From Candidatus Hydrogenedentota bacterium (GTDB lineage Bacteria > Hydrogenedentota > Hydrogenedentia > Hydrogenedentales > SLHB01), in NCBI GenBank assembly GCA_963745075.1, contig CAVUWV010000015.1, positions 190,088-254,087 on the forward strand: a stretch of 64,000 nt of DNA, written 5' to 3'. Shown here piece by piece: positions 10,039 through 19,665 of the stretch. A program made the position numbers and the translations under genes. Every line of letters begins with the position of its first letter. The first letter of the stretch is position 1. The notes under the pieces were generated by a model that made no database searches, was not told the origin of the DNA, and was given only the letters and a program-made list of their open reading frames with translations.

Positions 10039-11391
10039 CTAGATGTGCCAATTCCCGCGCATGGCGCGCTTCAACTTCCGTTCCGCCGTGGGATCGTTGG
10101 GGAAGGTCTCCGCCGCCGGATCCCAGTGCACTTCGCGTCCCAACTGCATGGCGATATTGCCGAGGTGCGCGATGGTAATCGCCCGGTGCGCCGCATAAAT
10201 TGGCGCAACACACTCTTCCCGGCTGCGCACGCAATCGAAGAAGTTCTGCGCGTGATTCTCGCTCTTGTACAAGTGGATTTCGTTGTCGCCGATCTTGGAA
10301 TCCAGGATCGACGCCGGCTTGGCTTCGAGCGTGTCGCCGCGCCGCACGTAAATTTCGCCCTCGGTGCCGATGAAGCGGCATCCCATCGGGAAGGTCGCCT
10401 GATCCGCAACGAGCATCGTGAAACCGTCCGGAGCGACTGGACTCGCGCCCGGCGCATACGTGCACTCGAGGTTGTAGTTAATCGCGGCGTCGTACAAGCC
10501 CTCGGTCGGAAACACGCCCGTCCCTTTCACGGAAATGGGGCCGGTGTGTTCGGTGCCCATGCCCCAATTCGCGATGTCGCAGTGGTGGGCGCCCCAGTCC
10601 GTCAATTGTCCGCCCGAGTAATCGAGAATCCACCGGAAGTTCCAGTGGCAGCGCTTCTCGGTGTACGGCGCATCGGGCGCCTGGCCCAGCCAGAAGTTAT
10701 AGTCAAAACCGTCGGGAACCGGCATGACCGGCTGCAACTCGATGGCGTGTCCCGTCGGAAGACCCACTTGCACGGTATGCACGGTGCCGACGCGACCGTT
10801 GCGCACCAGTTCGCAGGCCCGGTGGAAATTCGATTTGGACCGTTGCCAGCTACCCGTCTGCCACACCGTGCCATAGCGGTGAATGGCGTCGACCATGGCC
10901 CTGCCTTCGTTGATCGTCAAGGCCAAGGGCTTCTCGGCGTAGATGTCGAGCCCCTTTTTCGCGCAGGCAATCGCAGGCATCGAGTGCCAATGATCCGGGA
11001 CCGCGATGGACATCCCATCCAAGTCATCGCGCTCCAGGATCTCCCGAAAATCGTTGTAGCCTTTACAGTCCTTGTTGCCATACGCGTCATTGATGATGTT
11101 CTGCGCGTTCTCACGATGCCCGCGGTCAACGTCGCACACGGCAACGAACTGTGCCTCGGGAAAATTGAGGAAGCCCTTGAGATTTCCCGTGCCCTGGCTG
11201 CCGACGCCGATGCACCCCATGACGATGCGGTTGCTGGGCGCGACCGTGCCGTCCTTGCCCAGCGCCGACGCCGGGACAATCATGGGCGCCGCCACGGCCG
11301 CCACTGACGCGGCGGTGGTCCGTTTCAGAAAGTCCCGGCGGCTAAGTGCCGACGCGGACGTTCCTTCTTGTTTCGAACTACGCTTCTTCAT
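10039..11391 (-). CDS. Tat-exported Gfo/Idh/MocA family oxidoreductase
   Basis: SRRDFLK Tat motif, IGVGSQG Rossmann fold, VPDHWH, YAEKPL, DWGAHHCD. Confidence 0.92.
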   Translation of the reverse strand: MKKRSSKQEGTSASALSRRDFLKRTTAASVAAVAAPMIVPASALGKDGTVAPSNRIVMGCIGVGSQGTGNLKGFLNFPEAQFVAVCDVDRGHRENAQNIINDAYGNKDCKGYNDFREILERDDLDGMSIAVPDHWHSMPAIACAKKGLDIYAEKPLALTINEGRAMVDAIHRYGTVWQTGSWQRSKSNFHRACELVRNGRVGTVHTVQVGLPTGHAIELQPVMPVPDGFDYNFWLGQAPDAPYTEKRCHWNFRWILDYSGGQLTDWGAHHCDIANWGMGTEHTGPISVKGTGVFPTEGLYDAAINYNLECTYAPGASPVAPDGFTMLVADQATFPMGCRFIGTEGEIYVRRGDTLEAKPASILDSKIGDNEIHLYKSENHAQNFFDCVRSREECVAPIYAAHRAITIAHLGNIAMQLGREVHWDPAAETFPNDPTAERKLKRAMRGNWHI

Positions 11392-11491
11392 TCGCTGTCC
11401 TCCTCGCTATTTTCGGTATGCGGAGATCGCTCTCGGGTTAGATTTCCCGAGCATACCTCATTCTGAATCCATAATTCTCAATGCGTGTTTG

Positions 11492-14400
11492 TCAATGCTC
11501 GCTCGCGCCACGCCGCTCGGGCAACAGCCAGACTTCGTTGTTGAGCGACTGCAGAAAGGCCATCAGGTCCAGCAGTTCCTGCTGGGTCACGCCCGCGTCC
11601 AGTCCTTCCGGCATGACCGACACGGGCGACGGAATCATCGACAGGATCTCGTCACGCGGAATGCGGACTTCCTCGTCCGCGGCGACTTTCAGCGTGATGG
11701 CGTCTTGCGTCTCGCGCCCGATGACTCCGGAGAAGGTCTCCCATTCGGTCTTTACTGTATACGGTTCGTAGGTCGGAACAAAACTCGCGCTCGGAAACAG
11801 CACCGCCTCCAGCAAATCGTGCCCCGAACGGACCGCCCCGATGGTGGTCAGATCCGGACCCAGATTACCGCCTTCCTCGCCCACCGCGTGGCAGGTGCTG
11901 CACGCGACCTTGTCGCCGAAGAATATCCGACGGCCGCGGCCCACGTCCCCCGTCTCCAGCAGGGGTTCCAGCGCCAGCAGCCGCTCGATGCGCGCTTTTT
12001 CCTCGGCCTCGGCCTGCGCCCGCAGCGGTCCCGCGGCCAGTTGCACGGAGTCCGGAAACTTCGCCAATAAGTCGTCCACGCCGCCGGGAATCAGATTGGG
12101 ATTGATGGGAGCGTGTTGCAGACTCTTCACCAGCGCAAGCCCGACCGACGCGTCGTCGGAATCGCGGAATGCGTCCAGTAGCGCGGAAAAGGAAAGCGCG
12201 TCCGCTTTGGGTAGGCAATGGGTCGCCAGCCGGCGAAGCTGCTGCACGTCCAGTTCCGCGTTGGCCAAATCCTTCCCCGCCGAGAGCCGGACCGCCGGTT
12301 CGATGTCCGCGTTCAGGCACGACACGAGCATTTCAAATTGCGCGGTCCCGAGTTTCGGTTTCCGTTGGATCACCGTGCCGAGCGCGTTCACTCGCAAGCC
12401 GAGCGGCCGATCGGCGTCGTTCACGATGTTTTCCAGCTTGTCGTCGAACTGCGTCAAGTTGCGGCTGCGGATCAGATTGGCCGCGCGCCACCGCAGTTGT
12501 TCGTCCGCCGCGTCGAGATTGACCGCTACCGCGTCCACCCAGGATGCGGGCAACTCGCTGAGCGTCGATTTATCCACTACGTCGAAGAGGAAGAGGCGCC
12601 GCGCCGGTTCAACCGTCTCGTCTTTCAGCATATCGGCCATCAGATCCTGAACCGCCGCGTCGCCCGCGTAAGCCAACAGAATTTCATTAAGCGACCCGGC
12701 CTTTTCCACATCGAAGGTCTCGGCACGAAGCTGGTCTTCCAGAAACGAAATCACAACGTCCGACCAGTCCGGATGACGCGACGCCACCCAAAGCCCCGTC
12801 TTGCGCATGGCCTCGTCATCGGCGGCCAGAAAGGGCACCACGTCGTTTTTGGAGAGCAAGGAACTGTTCAATTGGTCCAACACGATCAGTGCGGCCTTGC
12901 GGACCTGCGGTGCGCCGTTCTTCAGCGCATCAGCGGCGGGCTGCTCCGCATCCAATTCGATCGCGCCGTAAATCAAGCCGTGCTCTTCAAACCGATCCGC
13001 CGCATGGGCGCAGGCCGCCAACAACGCCGGCGCCGATGCTCTCGCCCCGATTCGTCCCAAGGCAAGCGCCGCTTCCCGCCGTACGCCGGGGTCGCTGTCC
13101 GTAAGCGCAGCCGTGAGTGCTTCGGCAGCTTGCGGGTCCCGGTTCATGCCAAGGGCGTGGGCCGCGTCCATCCGAACAGCGTACGACGGGTCACTCAGCG
13201 CTTCCCGCAACGATCGTAATGCGCCATCAGTTGCGATACGGCACAGCGCCCAGACCGCCGCGGCACGTTCCACTTCCGATTCGCTCCGCTCCCGCGCCTT
13301 CGTCAGCGGCTTCACCGCATGGTCTCCGGCTGCGGCCAGCAGTTCAAGCGCACGCGAGCGAACGCGCGGTCGCGGATCGTCGAGATAACCCACGATCGCT
13401 TTCGGACGCTTCGTTTCCAGCTTTTCTTCCCTCCCCCACGGATCGTCCACGACCGGGACGTCGTCCTTCCGAATGCGATAGATCGTGCCGCGCACATTCG
13501 GCTTGGACACGCGCGAGATCGGGCACGCATCCACGTACCACGCGCCGGTATCGGACACGAGCAGGCTGCCGTCCGCGTCTTCCACTACATCGGTGGGATA
13601 GAAATCCGGATTGGACGACGCCAAGAAGTCGGAGTCTTCGGTGCGGTACGTACTCGACTCGCGAATCAACAGATGATGCTGCACCCGATGCGGGTTGAAC
13701 TGCGCGCTGAACAAGTTGCCCTTGTACTCCGCTCCCCACGAATCGCTCTGGTACCGTATCAGCCCTGCGGGCGCGATCCGCGCGAACTTTGTCATCACCG
13801 GCATGAGGTCGCCGGTGCGGATGAACTCGGACACGCATTCGTGGTACTTCGGATAGACACCGCCTTCGACCCAATGCATCAAGGCGTCGCGTTGACCGTT
13901 CTTCGGGTCGGTGAAATAGGTCATTGTGCCGAACATATCGCCGCTGTCGTTCCAGACAAGTTCGACCGGGTTATCGAACCCGCCGCCCGCGACCCGCTCC
14001 AACTGCGTGCCGTCGGGACGGCACCGCCAAATCCGCGACGCGAAGCCTTCCAACAGTTCGCCCTCTTTCGTCGCGATCGTGTACCCGTGGCGGCCGTGGG
14101 TCAGGTATAGCCAGCCGTCCGGACCGAGGAACGGGCCGTGGAGACTCGCCGTGTTGAGCACGTTCCACCCCGTGAGCAGGACTTCGCGCTCGTCGGCCAC
14201 GCCGTCGCCGTCCGTGTCTTTGAACCGGAAGAAGTCCGGCGGCGACGCCACGTAAACGTTCCCCTGATAACACAACACGCCCATGGGCAGGCTGAGTTGG
14301 TCCGCGAACACCGTGCGTTTGTCGAACACGCCGTCATGGTCCACGTCTTCGAGCATCAGGATCATGCATTGCGGATTCGCCACCATCTCCTTGCCGGACT

Positions 14401-14626
14401 CGTCCTTCCCTGAAGACTCCGCGATGAACAAACGGCCCCGATCGTCGAGCGTCATCAGCATGGGATAAGAACTCAGTTCCGGCCCCGCCGCGATTTCCAC
14501 ATGAAACCCGTCGGGAACGCTCAACGCCGCCAACGCCTCCGGGCCGTCGGCATATGCGGGACTAAGTCCAAGGAATAAGGCGAGAAAGATGCAGGCGATG
14601 AATCGGGGGATGGTAAAGATCTTCAA
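11492..14626 (-). CDS. PVC-type heme-binding CxxCH protein (beta-propeller dehydrogenase domain + HEAT repeats + cytochrome c)
   Basis: VPDGFHVEIAA, DTDGDGVAD, GPDGWLY propeller motifs; HEAT repeats; C-terminal GRRIF...CSTCH...GPDLTTIG...SVMPEGL. Start set at TTG 14626 after a GGAG RBS; the ORF track start of 14713 is probably too long. Confidence 0.9.
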   Translation of the reverse strand: MKIFTIPRFIACIFLALFLGLSPAYADGPEALAALSVPDGFHVEIAAGPELSSYPMLMTLDDRGRLFIAESSGKDESGKEMVANPQCMILMLEDVDHDGVFDKRTVFADQLSLPMGVLCYQGNVYVASPPDFFRFKDTDGDGVADEREVLLTGWNVLNTASLHGPFLGPDGWLYLTHGRHGYTIATKEGELLEGFASRIWRCRPDGTQLERVAGGGFDNPVELVWNDSGDMFGTMTYFTDPKNGQRDALMHWVEGGVYPKYHECVSEFIRTGDLMPVMTKFARIAPAGLIRYQSDSWGAEYKGNLFSAQFNPHRVQHHLLIRESSTYRTEDSDFLASSNPDFYPTDVVEDADGSLLVSDTGAWYVDACPISRVSKPNVRGTIYRIRKDDVPVVDDPWGREEKLETKRPKAIVGYLDDPRPRVRSRALELLAAAGDHAVKPLTKARERSESEVERAAAVWALCRIATDGALRSLREALSDPSYAVRMDAAHALGMNRDPQAAEALTAALTDSDPGVRREAALALGRIGARASAPALLAACAHAADRFEEHGLIYGAIELDAEQPAADALKNGAPQVRKAALIVLDQLNSSLLSKNDVVPFLAADDEAMRKTGLWVASRHPDWSDVVISFLEDQLRAETFDVEKAGSLNEILLAYAGDAAVQDLMADMLKDETVEPARRLFLFDVVDKSTLSELPASWVDAVAVNLDAADEQLRWRAANLIRSRNLTQFDDKLENIVNDADRPLGLRVNALGTVIQRKPKLGTAQFEMLVSCLNADIEPAVRLSAGKDLANAELDVQQLRRLATHCLPKADALSFSALLDAFRDSDDASVGLALVKSLQHAPINPNLIPGGVDDLLAKFPDSVQLAAGPLRAQAEAEEKARIERLLALEPLLETGDVGRGRRIFFGDKVACSTCHAVGEEGGNLGPDLTTIGAVRSGHDLLEAVLFPSASFVPTYEPYTVKTEWETFSGVIGRETQDAITLKVAADEEVRIPRDEILSMIPSPVSVMPEGLDAGVTQQELLDLMAFLQSLNNEVWLLPERRGASEH

Positions 14627-14722
14627 GGGCAAAACTCCTACTGATTGGGATTGATATGGTGAATTCTGAGTGATCGAGTTTCGAAGTCCCGGGTGGTCGT
14701 GATGGTCTGGCAATGGCCCGCT

Positions 14723-14958
14723 AAGAACATCCCCCTTGATCCCCCTTCAAAGGGGGAAACTCGCGCACGTGCGTTTGAGGTGAAATTCGTCGTGAACTTC
14801 TCCGAATTCGGGTGACTACGAGGTCCGAGCACGCGACGCTTCACGTCGTATTTCACGGCCGGGAAGATCCCTGTCTCGGAGCCCATCGCAACACGTTTAG
14901 CCACAAACGGGCATATGCAAAACTCCCCCTTTGAAGGGGGATCAAGGGGGATGTTCTT
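14723..14958. repeat. 236 bp element bounded by a perfect 35 bp inverted repeat (REP pair or MITE-like), copy 1
   Basis: AAGAACATCCCCCTTGATCCCCCTTCAAAGGGGGA (14723-14757) and its exact reverse complement (14924-14958). Confidence 0.85.
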
Positions 14959-14999
14959 GATTCCTTCTGTTTGTGTTGCGACGTACCGAAAAGCCGCCA

Positions 15000-16625
15000 T
15001 CACGCGAGCGCCTTCTTCAAAAAGTTATGCGTGATCCGCTCGACCCGCGCATCCGGACCATGCGGCCGGCCGTTGTGCGCGTAGGGCAACATGTGCCCCG
15101 GTGGACTGCTCAACCCTTGCGCCCAGTAAATGGTCGACGCGTTAAACACCCAGTTCCCCTTCGGGCCGGGATACAACGTCGCGGTCCAGTGCGCGACCTC
15201 CTCCGCGCCGTTGACGGCGTCGCCTTCCGCAATAACTTTCAATTCCTCAATCGGCGCAGGTTCGCCGTGGAACTCCCACCCCACAATGCCCGGGATGCGA
15301 TCGCCGTTCTTCATGCCGGTGCCTTCGAATAACCAGCACGTGTCGTCGGACACAATCCAGTCGCCGGACCCGTTGAACGGCATAATCGTCCGCGCGCCGA
15401 TGAGGTCCCGTTCGTCCGGCCCTTCCATGGGGAAGGGTCCCATCACCTCGGCCTCCTTCTCGCTGACGCCGCCGAAACAGCCCTCCCGCGTGAACGTGCG
15501 GTGCGGCTGCCCCGTCGAACTCGGCGACAACGGCGACACGAAGCAGCACGTGTTACCGGAGAGAAACGCCACGTTCACGCCCGCGTCCACGGCGGCCTTC
15601 ACGTGGTGGTACTGTTCCAGGCTCCAATACTCGTCGTGGCCGACGGACAAAAAGGCCTTGCCCCGCGTGACGCAGGCGGGGTCGGCATGCACGTCCGTGT
15701 TCGAGCAATACGTCACGTCGTAGCCTTCCCGCTCCAGCCAGAACGCCAGCGGAAACTCCCACAACAAAAACTCGCCGGACCCCTGCGACAAGGGCGCGTC
15801 GACGACCTGGCAATATTTTCCATAGGGCCGGTCGTAGCTCACGCGGATGCCGGGTTTCAACGCCCATTCGGACTCGCCGTCGTCGTAGAGTGCAAAGTTA
15901 TCCGGCCAGCGGTTGTAGGCCTGCCACGTGTTGTCGCTGCATTGAAACACCACGTCGGCCTTCCGGTCGTCGCGGACGATAAAGATGATGTAACTCTCGC
16001 ACCGCCCCTCGACGAGCCGCAGCTTGCCGAGGTACACCCCGCTCACCCAGTCCTCGGGAATGGTGATCGTCGTGCACGGCGTCCACCGGCACTCGCGCAG
16101 CCGCTCCTCGCCCACCGGCGGGTCCTCCTGCGCCACGCCCTCGAACGGCCCCAGCGACAGCACATGCCGCCCGCCCGCGCCGCCGTAATACCCCATCCGG
16201 TACAGGTCGATCGTGAACGATGCCCCCCTCGCCCCCCGACTTTCGCGGAGGCTTTGCGGAGCGGGGACTGACCCCGTCTTTCGCGAAGGCTCCGCGGAGC
16301 GAAACGCGGGGTCTGTCCCTATCCCCATCCCAGTCCCTAGCCCGTCAGCCTTCACACTCACCATGATATCCAGCGACTCCCCCGCACGCACACTCGCCCG
16401 CGACACATACCCCTCGATCCACGGACACCGGTACTGCGTCGCCGGATCCACCCGCGTATACGTCAACTGCCAATCCGTCGTCCCCGGCAGTTTGTTCTCC
16501 CTACGAATCACATCCCGCCGCGCCGCGTCCACCATGCTCACACCTCCCGTCCCCGCCCCCAACGCCGACGCAATCCCCACCGCCGCCGCACCTTTCAACA
16601 CGGTCCGCCGGGTCAGCTCACCCAT
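15000..16625 (-). CDS. Tat-exported N,N-dimethylformamidase beta-subunit family (DUF6605-like) protein
   Basis: TRRTVLK Tat motif; IEGYVS, YRMGYYGG, WVSGVYLGKL, TWQAYN, VSYDRPY, LSVGHDEYWS, FLSGNT motifs. Carries an in-frame insertion of about 40 aa (see findings). Confidence 0.85.
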   Translation of the reverse strand: MGELTRRTVLKGAAAVGIASALGAGTGGVSMVDAARRDVIRRENKLPGTTDWQLTYTRVDPATQYRCPWIEGYVSRASVRAGESLDIMVSVKADGLGTGMGIGTDPAFRSAEPSRKTGSVPAPQSLRESRGARGASFTIDLYRMGYYGGAGGRHVLSLGPFEGVAQEDPPVGEERLRECRWTPCTTITIPEDWVSGVYLGKLRLVEGRCESYIIFIVRDDRKADVVFQCSDNTWQAYNRWPDNFALYDDGESEWALKPGIRVSYDRPYGKYCQVVDAPLSQGSGEFLLWEFPLAFWLEREGYDVTYCSNTDVHADPACVTRGKAFLSVGHDEYWSLEQYHHVKAAVDAGVNVAFLSGNTCCFVSPLSPSSTGQPHRTFTREGCFGGVSEKEAEVMGPFPMEGPDERDLIGARTIMPFNGSGDWIVSDDTCWLFEGTGMKNGDRIPGIVGWEFHGEPAPIEELKVIAEGDAVNGAEEVAHWTATLYPGPKGNWVFNASTIYWAQGLSSPPGHMLPYAHNGRPHGPDARVERITHNFLKKALA

Positions 16626-16766
16626 TGGGAATCACCTCCGAATCCCACGGATGCACTTCGCCCGTGGGGAATACCAATCATTCATTCCAACCTTGCAGCC
16701 GCGCGTCGCGCAGAGAGGTGCTTTGTAGCATGAACGGGCAGGAGGGTTCCATTGGATAGAGCGACA

Positions 16767-18353
16767 TGTCGAAACTCTTTGATAATGTCCCCTGGAAAAC
16801 TCATTAGAAATGTCCCCATGGTTGCGGCCTTAGAAAGGAGGCTGCGTGGAAGGGGACATTTTGATGAGTCGCAAGGAGCGTACGCGCAAGTCGGTGTTGG
16901 ATCGTGTGAAGAGTGGTGCGTTGAAGCTGCGTGAGGCGGCGGAGATGCTGGGGTTGAGCTACCGGCAGTGTAAGCGGGTGTATGCGCGGTATCGCCGGGA
17001 AGGAGATGTAGGGCTGGTTCACCGGCGGCGCGGGAAGTCGTCTGCGCGGGCCAAGCCCCCGGAAATGCGGGAGAAGGTGCTGGCGCGTTACGAGGAGCGC
17101 TACAAGGGCATGGGTCCGACGTTGGCGGCCGAGAAGCTGGCGGAGGAGGGTTTGGTGCTGGACCACGAGACGCTGCGGCGCTGGCTGATTGCGGCGGGGC
17201 TTTGGCAACGAGCCCGCAAACGGGGTCCCCATCGAACGCGGCGGCCGCGTAAGGAGCACTTCGGAGAGTTGGTCCAGTTCGACGGCAGTCACCACGCCTG
17301 GTTCGGTCCCGACTATCCCCGAGCGTGTCTGATGAATCTGGTGGACGACGCCACGGGGCGTACCTTGGCTACGATGGATGTCCAAGAAACCACCGAGGCT
17401 GCCATGCGGACCCTGTGGAAGTGGATTGAGCGTTACGGCGTCCCCAAGGCGCTGTATTGTGACCGCAAGACCGTATATGTCACGGAGCGCGAACCGACGG
17501 TGGAAGAGCAGTTGGCGGACGAAGAACCCTTGACCAGCTTCGGAAAAGCCTGTAAAAAGCTGGGAATTCAGATCATTACCGCCTACAGCCCTCAAGCCAA
17601 AGGCCGGGTGGAACGCAATCACGGCGTCTATCAAGACCGCCTGTTCCACGAACTGCGCTTACGCCAAATCACCACCATTGAGCAGACCAATGCCTTACTG
17701 GAAAACGGCTTCGTCGACCACCTCAACGAAAAGTTTGCCCGTCCCGCACAAAAGACGCATAACCTCCACCGTCGGCTCCCCAAGAACGTCGACCTGCGCG
17801 ACGTGTTCTGCTTTGAAGAGTACCGTACCGTGGGCAATGACTGGACCGTTCGTCACCAAAACCGCTTTTTCCAAATACACAAAACCAAGAAGCACTTGCC
17901 CAAACCGAAGCACAAGGTCCTCGTACGCACTTGGCTCGATGGAAGCATTCACCTCGTGTACAACGGTCACAAACTCGACTATGAACAACTCGACGAACCG
18001 CCGTGCAGACCCGCCAAGCCCGCCGCGAAAAAGCCCAAGGCCAGCACCCCCCCATCAAAACCAAAACCCCGCCACGACCACCCATGGCGCAAGCGGCGCG
18101 TGGCATGATGGCCAGTGGCATCGGAAAGAACCAATGAGTTTTTCGCTTTGCAGGATTCCGGTTACAAAAAGCCGGGACAGCCACCCCACCCGGGGTGGCT
18201 GTCCCGGAACCGTCTATCCACCTGACGGGCGCTCAGGTCGCTCTCCAGCGTTGCCCTATCCTCCCGCCAAGTCCACCTACTGTAGCAGAAAACAAAAAAC
18301 AGGGGACATTTCTAACGAGTTAACACCGGGGACATTTTAATCGAGCTTTGACA
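16767..18353 (+). mobile_element. Insertion sequence, IS1202 family (formerly ISNCY), about 1587 bp
   Basis: TGTC...TGACA termini with doubled subterminal ATGTCCCC/GGGGACAT sites. Flanking direct repeat TTGGATAGAGCGACA (16752-16766) and TTGGGATAGAGCGACA (18354-18369). Confidence 0.88.
16846..18108 (+). CDS. DDE transposase (ISNCY/IS1202 family; HTH + integrase core)
   Basis: N-terminal HTH (LREAAEMLGLSYRQCKR), GELVQFDGSHHAW, LVDDAT, LYCDRK, SPQAKGRVER. Confidence 0.93.
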   Translation: MEGDILMSRKERTRKSVLDRVKSGALKLREAAEMLGLSYRQCKRVYARYRREGDVGLVHRRRGKSSARAKPPEMREKVLARYEERYKGMGPTLAAEKLAEEGLVLDHETLRRWLIAAGLWQRARKRGPHRTRRPRKEHFGELVQFDGSHHAWFGPDYPRACLMNLVDDATGRTLATMDVQETTEAAMRTLWKWIERYGVPKALYCDRKTVYVTEREPTVEEQLADEEPLTSFGKACKKLGIQIITAYSPQAKGRVERNHGVYQDRLFHELRLRQITTIEQTNALLENGFVDHLNEKFARPAQKTHNLHRRLPKNVDLRDVFCFEEYRTVGNDWTVRHQNRFFQIHKTKKHLPKPKHKVLVRTWLDGSIHLVYNGHKLDYEQLDEPPCRPAKPAAKKPKASTPPSKPKPRHDHPWRKRRVA

Positions 18354-18628
18354 TTGGGATAGAGCGACAACCGGAAGTTCCCGAACACAGAATTGGCCCG
18401 TCAAGTACTGGGCGCATCCCAGAGACTTGTCAATTCTCGGATTCGTAGTAGAAAAATGGTAGTATGATCGCTCAGTGTTATGTGACGTGGTCGAGTCTAG
18501 TCGGAAGATCGGAGCCCAAACGCAACAATGACCGAACCTAGCGCCATAGTTCCGGAAAGGCGGTTCCCCGAATGCACGACAAAGAACTGCTAGATGGACT
18601 TTTCTATCGCCTGAAAGACATCAAGGAC

Positions 18629-19270
18629 TCAGAGGGTATCCACCACATAAGTGAGCTTACGCTGGATGGCCAACATCCGCTGACTTATTACTCGGAGGTT
18701 ACGCATCGCCACTTGTCTCTTAACTTCTACCGCGAAGTAGTCCGTTGAATCTGCTGAGGTTACCTTAAAATCAAAACCGCACCCCCAGCGAGTAGTGTCC
18801 TTTATTGAACAGGGGGCAAACTCTGTGAATTCTCGGAATCTGCTTCGAAAATATGCCTCCGCTGCCTCACCCGTAATCAATCGCCTCGCAAAAGTGGACT
18901 CAGGTCCACCAATTTCTTGCTGTAACACCTCCGACAGTTCAGGGAATTGACAGAGTCTCTTATCTCGGGGAAGGAATCCCTGCACAACTTTGCCCAGTTC
19001 AGACATCGCAAAGCCCTTGTAACATTCCATAATGCGCTTGCAGTGTGTGCGCAACGGACGCTTGTGCCACCCCTGACGGGCGTTTGGGAAGTAGGGATCC
19101 AGTTCATCACGATAATTCTTGATGGACGCGGGTTTTGCATCTAAGAGCAATCCAAGTGTATTGAACGCTTCCGTAAAACTACTGAACCCCAGATGGTGCA
19201 AACCCTCTTGATCGTACATTGAGAGATACAAGCCGCACACAATCTGACGGTCTCGATGGGTTAGGCGCAT
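18629..19270 (-). pseudogene. DUF3883 (NOV C-terminal, PD-(D/E)XK-like) domain protein, apparently truncated at the C-terminus
   Basis: TGEAAEAYF...DTTRWGCGFDF...YFAVEVK motif followed by a non-homologous-looking tail; lies in a low-GC patch. Confidence 0.6.
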
Positions 19271-19665
19271 TTCCTAGATTCCAAAGTTTCTGGGCTGTTC
19301 GCAGGGCTATCAATGTGCGACGCTACTGAGAAACGTAGATATACTGACGCGGTTACCTCTAAATAGTACAACTTGAATCGGAAACTGACAAGGAGATTGA
19401 GTTGGGGGAGCAGCGTGTTTGGCGCAATAGCCGATTTCACTTGAGGGCATAGGTCTGCATCCAACCTCATCATACGGATTGTACTGCGAGTATCCCCAAA
19501 CCGCAAGAACAGTGAAGGTTGGTACCTTTGCAGTCGCAAACTCTCTATTTTACCGGGCTCATGGTTCGGAGCTTGCACCGCGCTGGAGACCGGCAGTCGT
19601 TCATCTCCAAGCTGATCGCCAATCTCGCGAGGTGCTGGAGATCGCCGACCCGCTGTTGGGAGGAA

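Noticed and set aside
124..13700. Many long plus-strand ORFs (for example 553-1455, 6955-8433, 10045-11307)
   Set aside because: Antisense shadows of real minus-strand genes in high-GC DNA; Arg/His-rich with no motifs.
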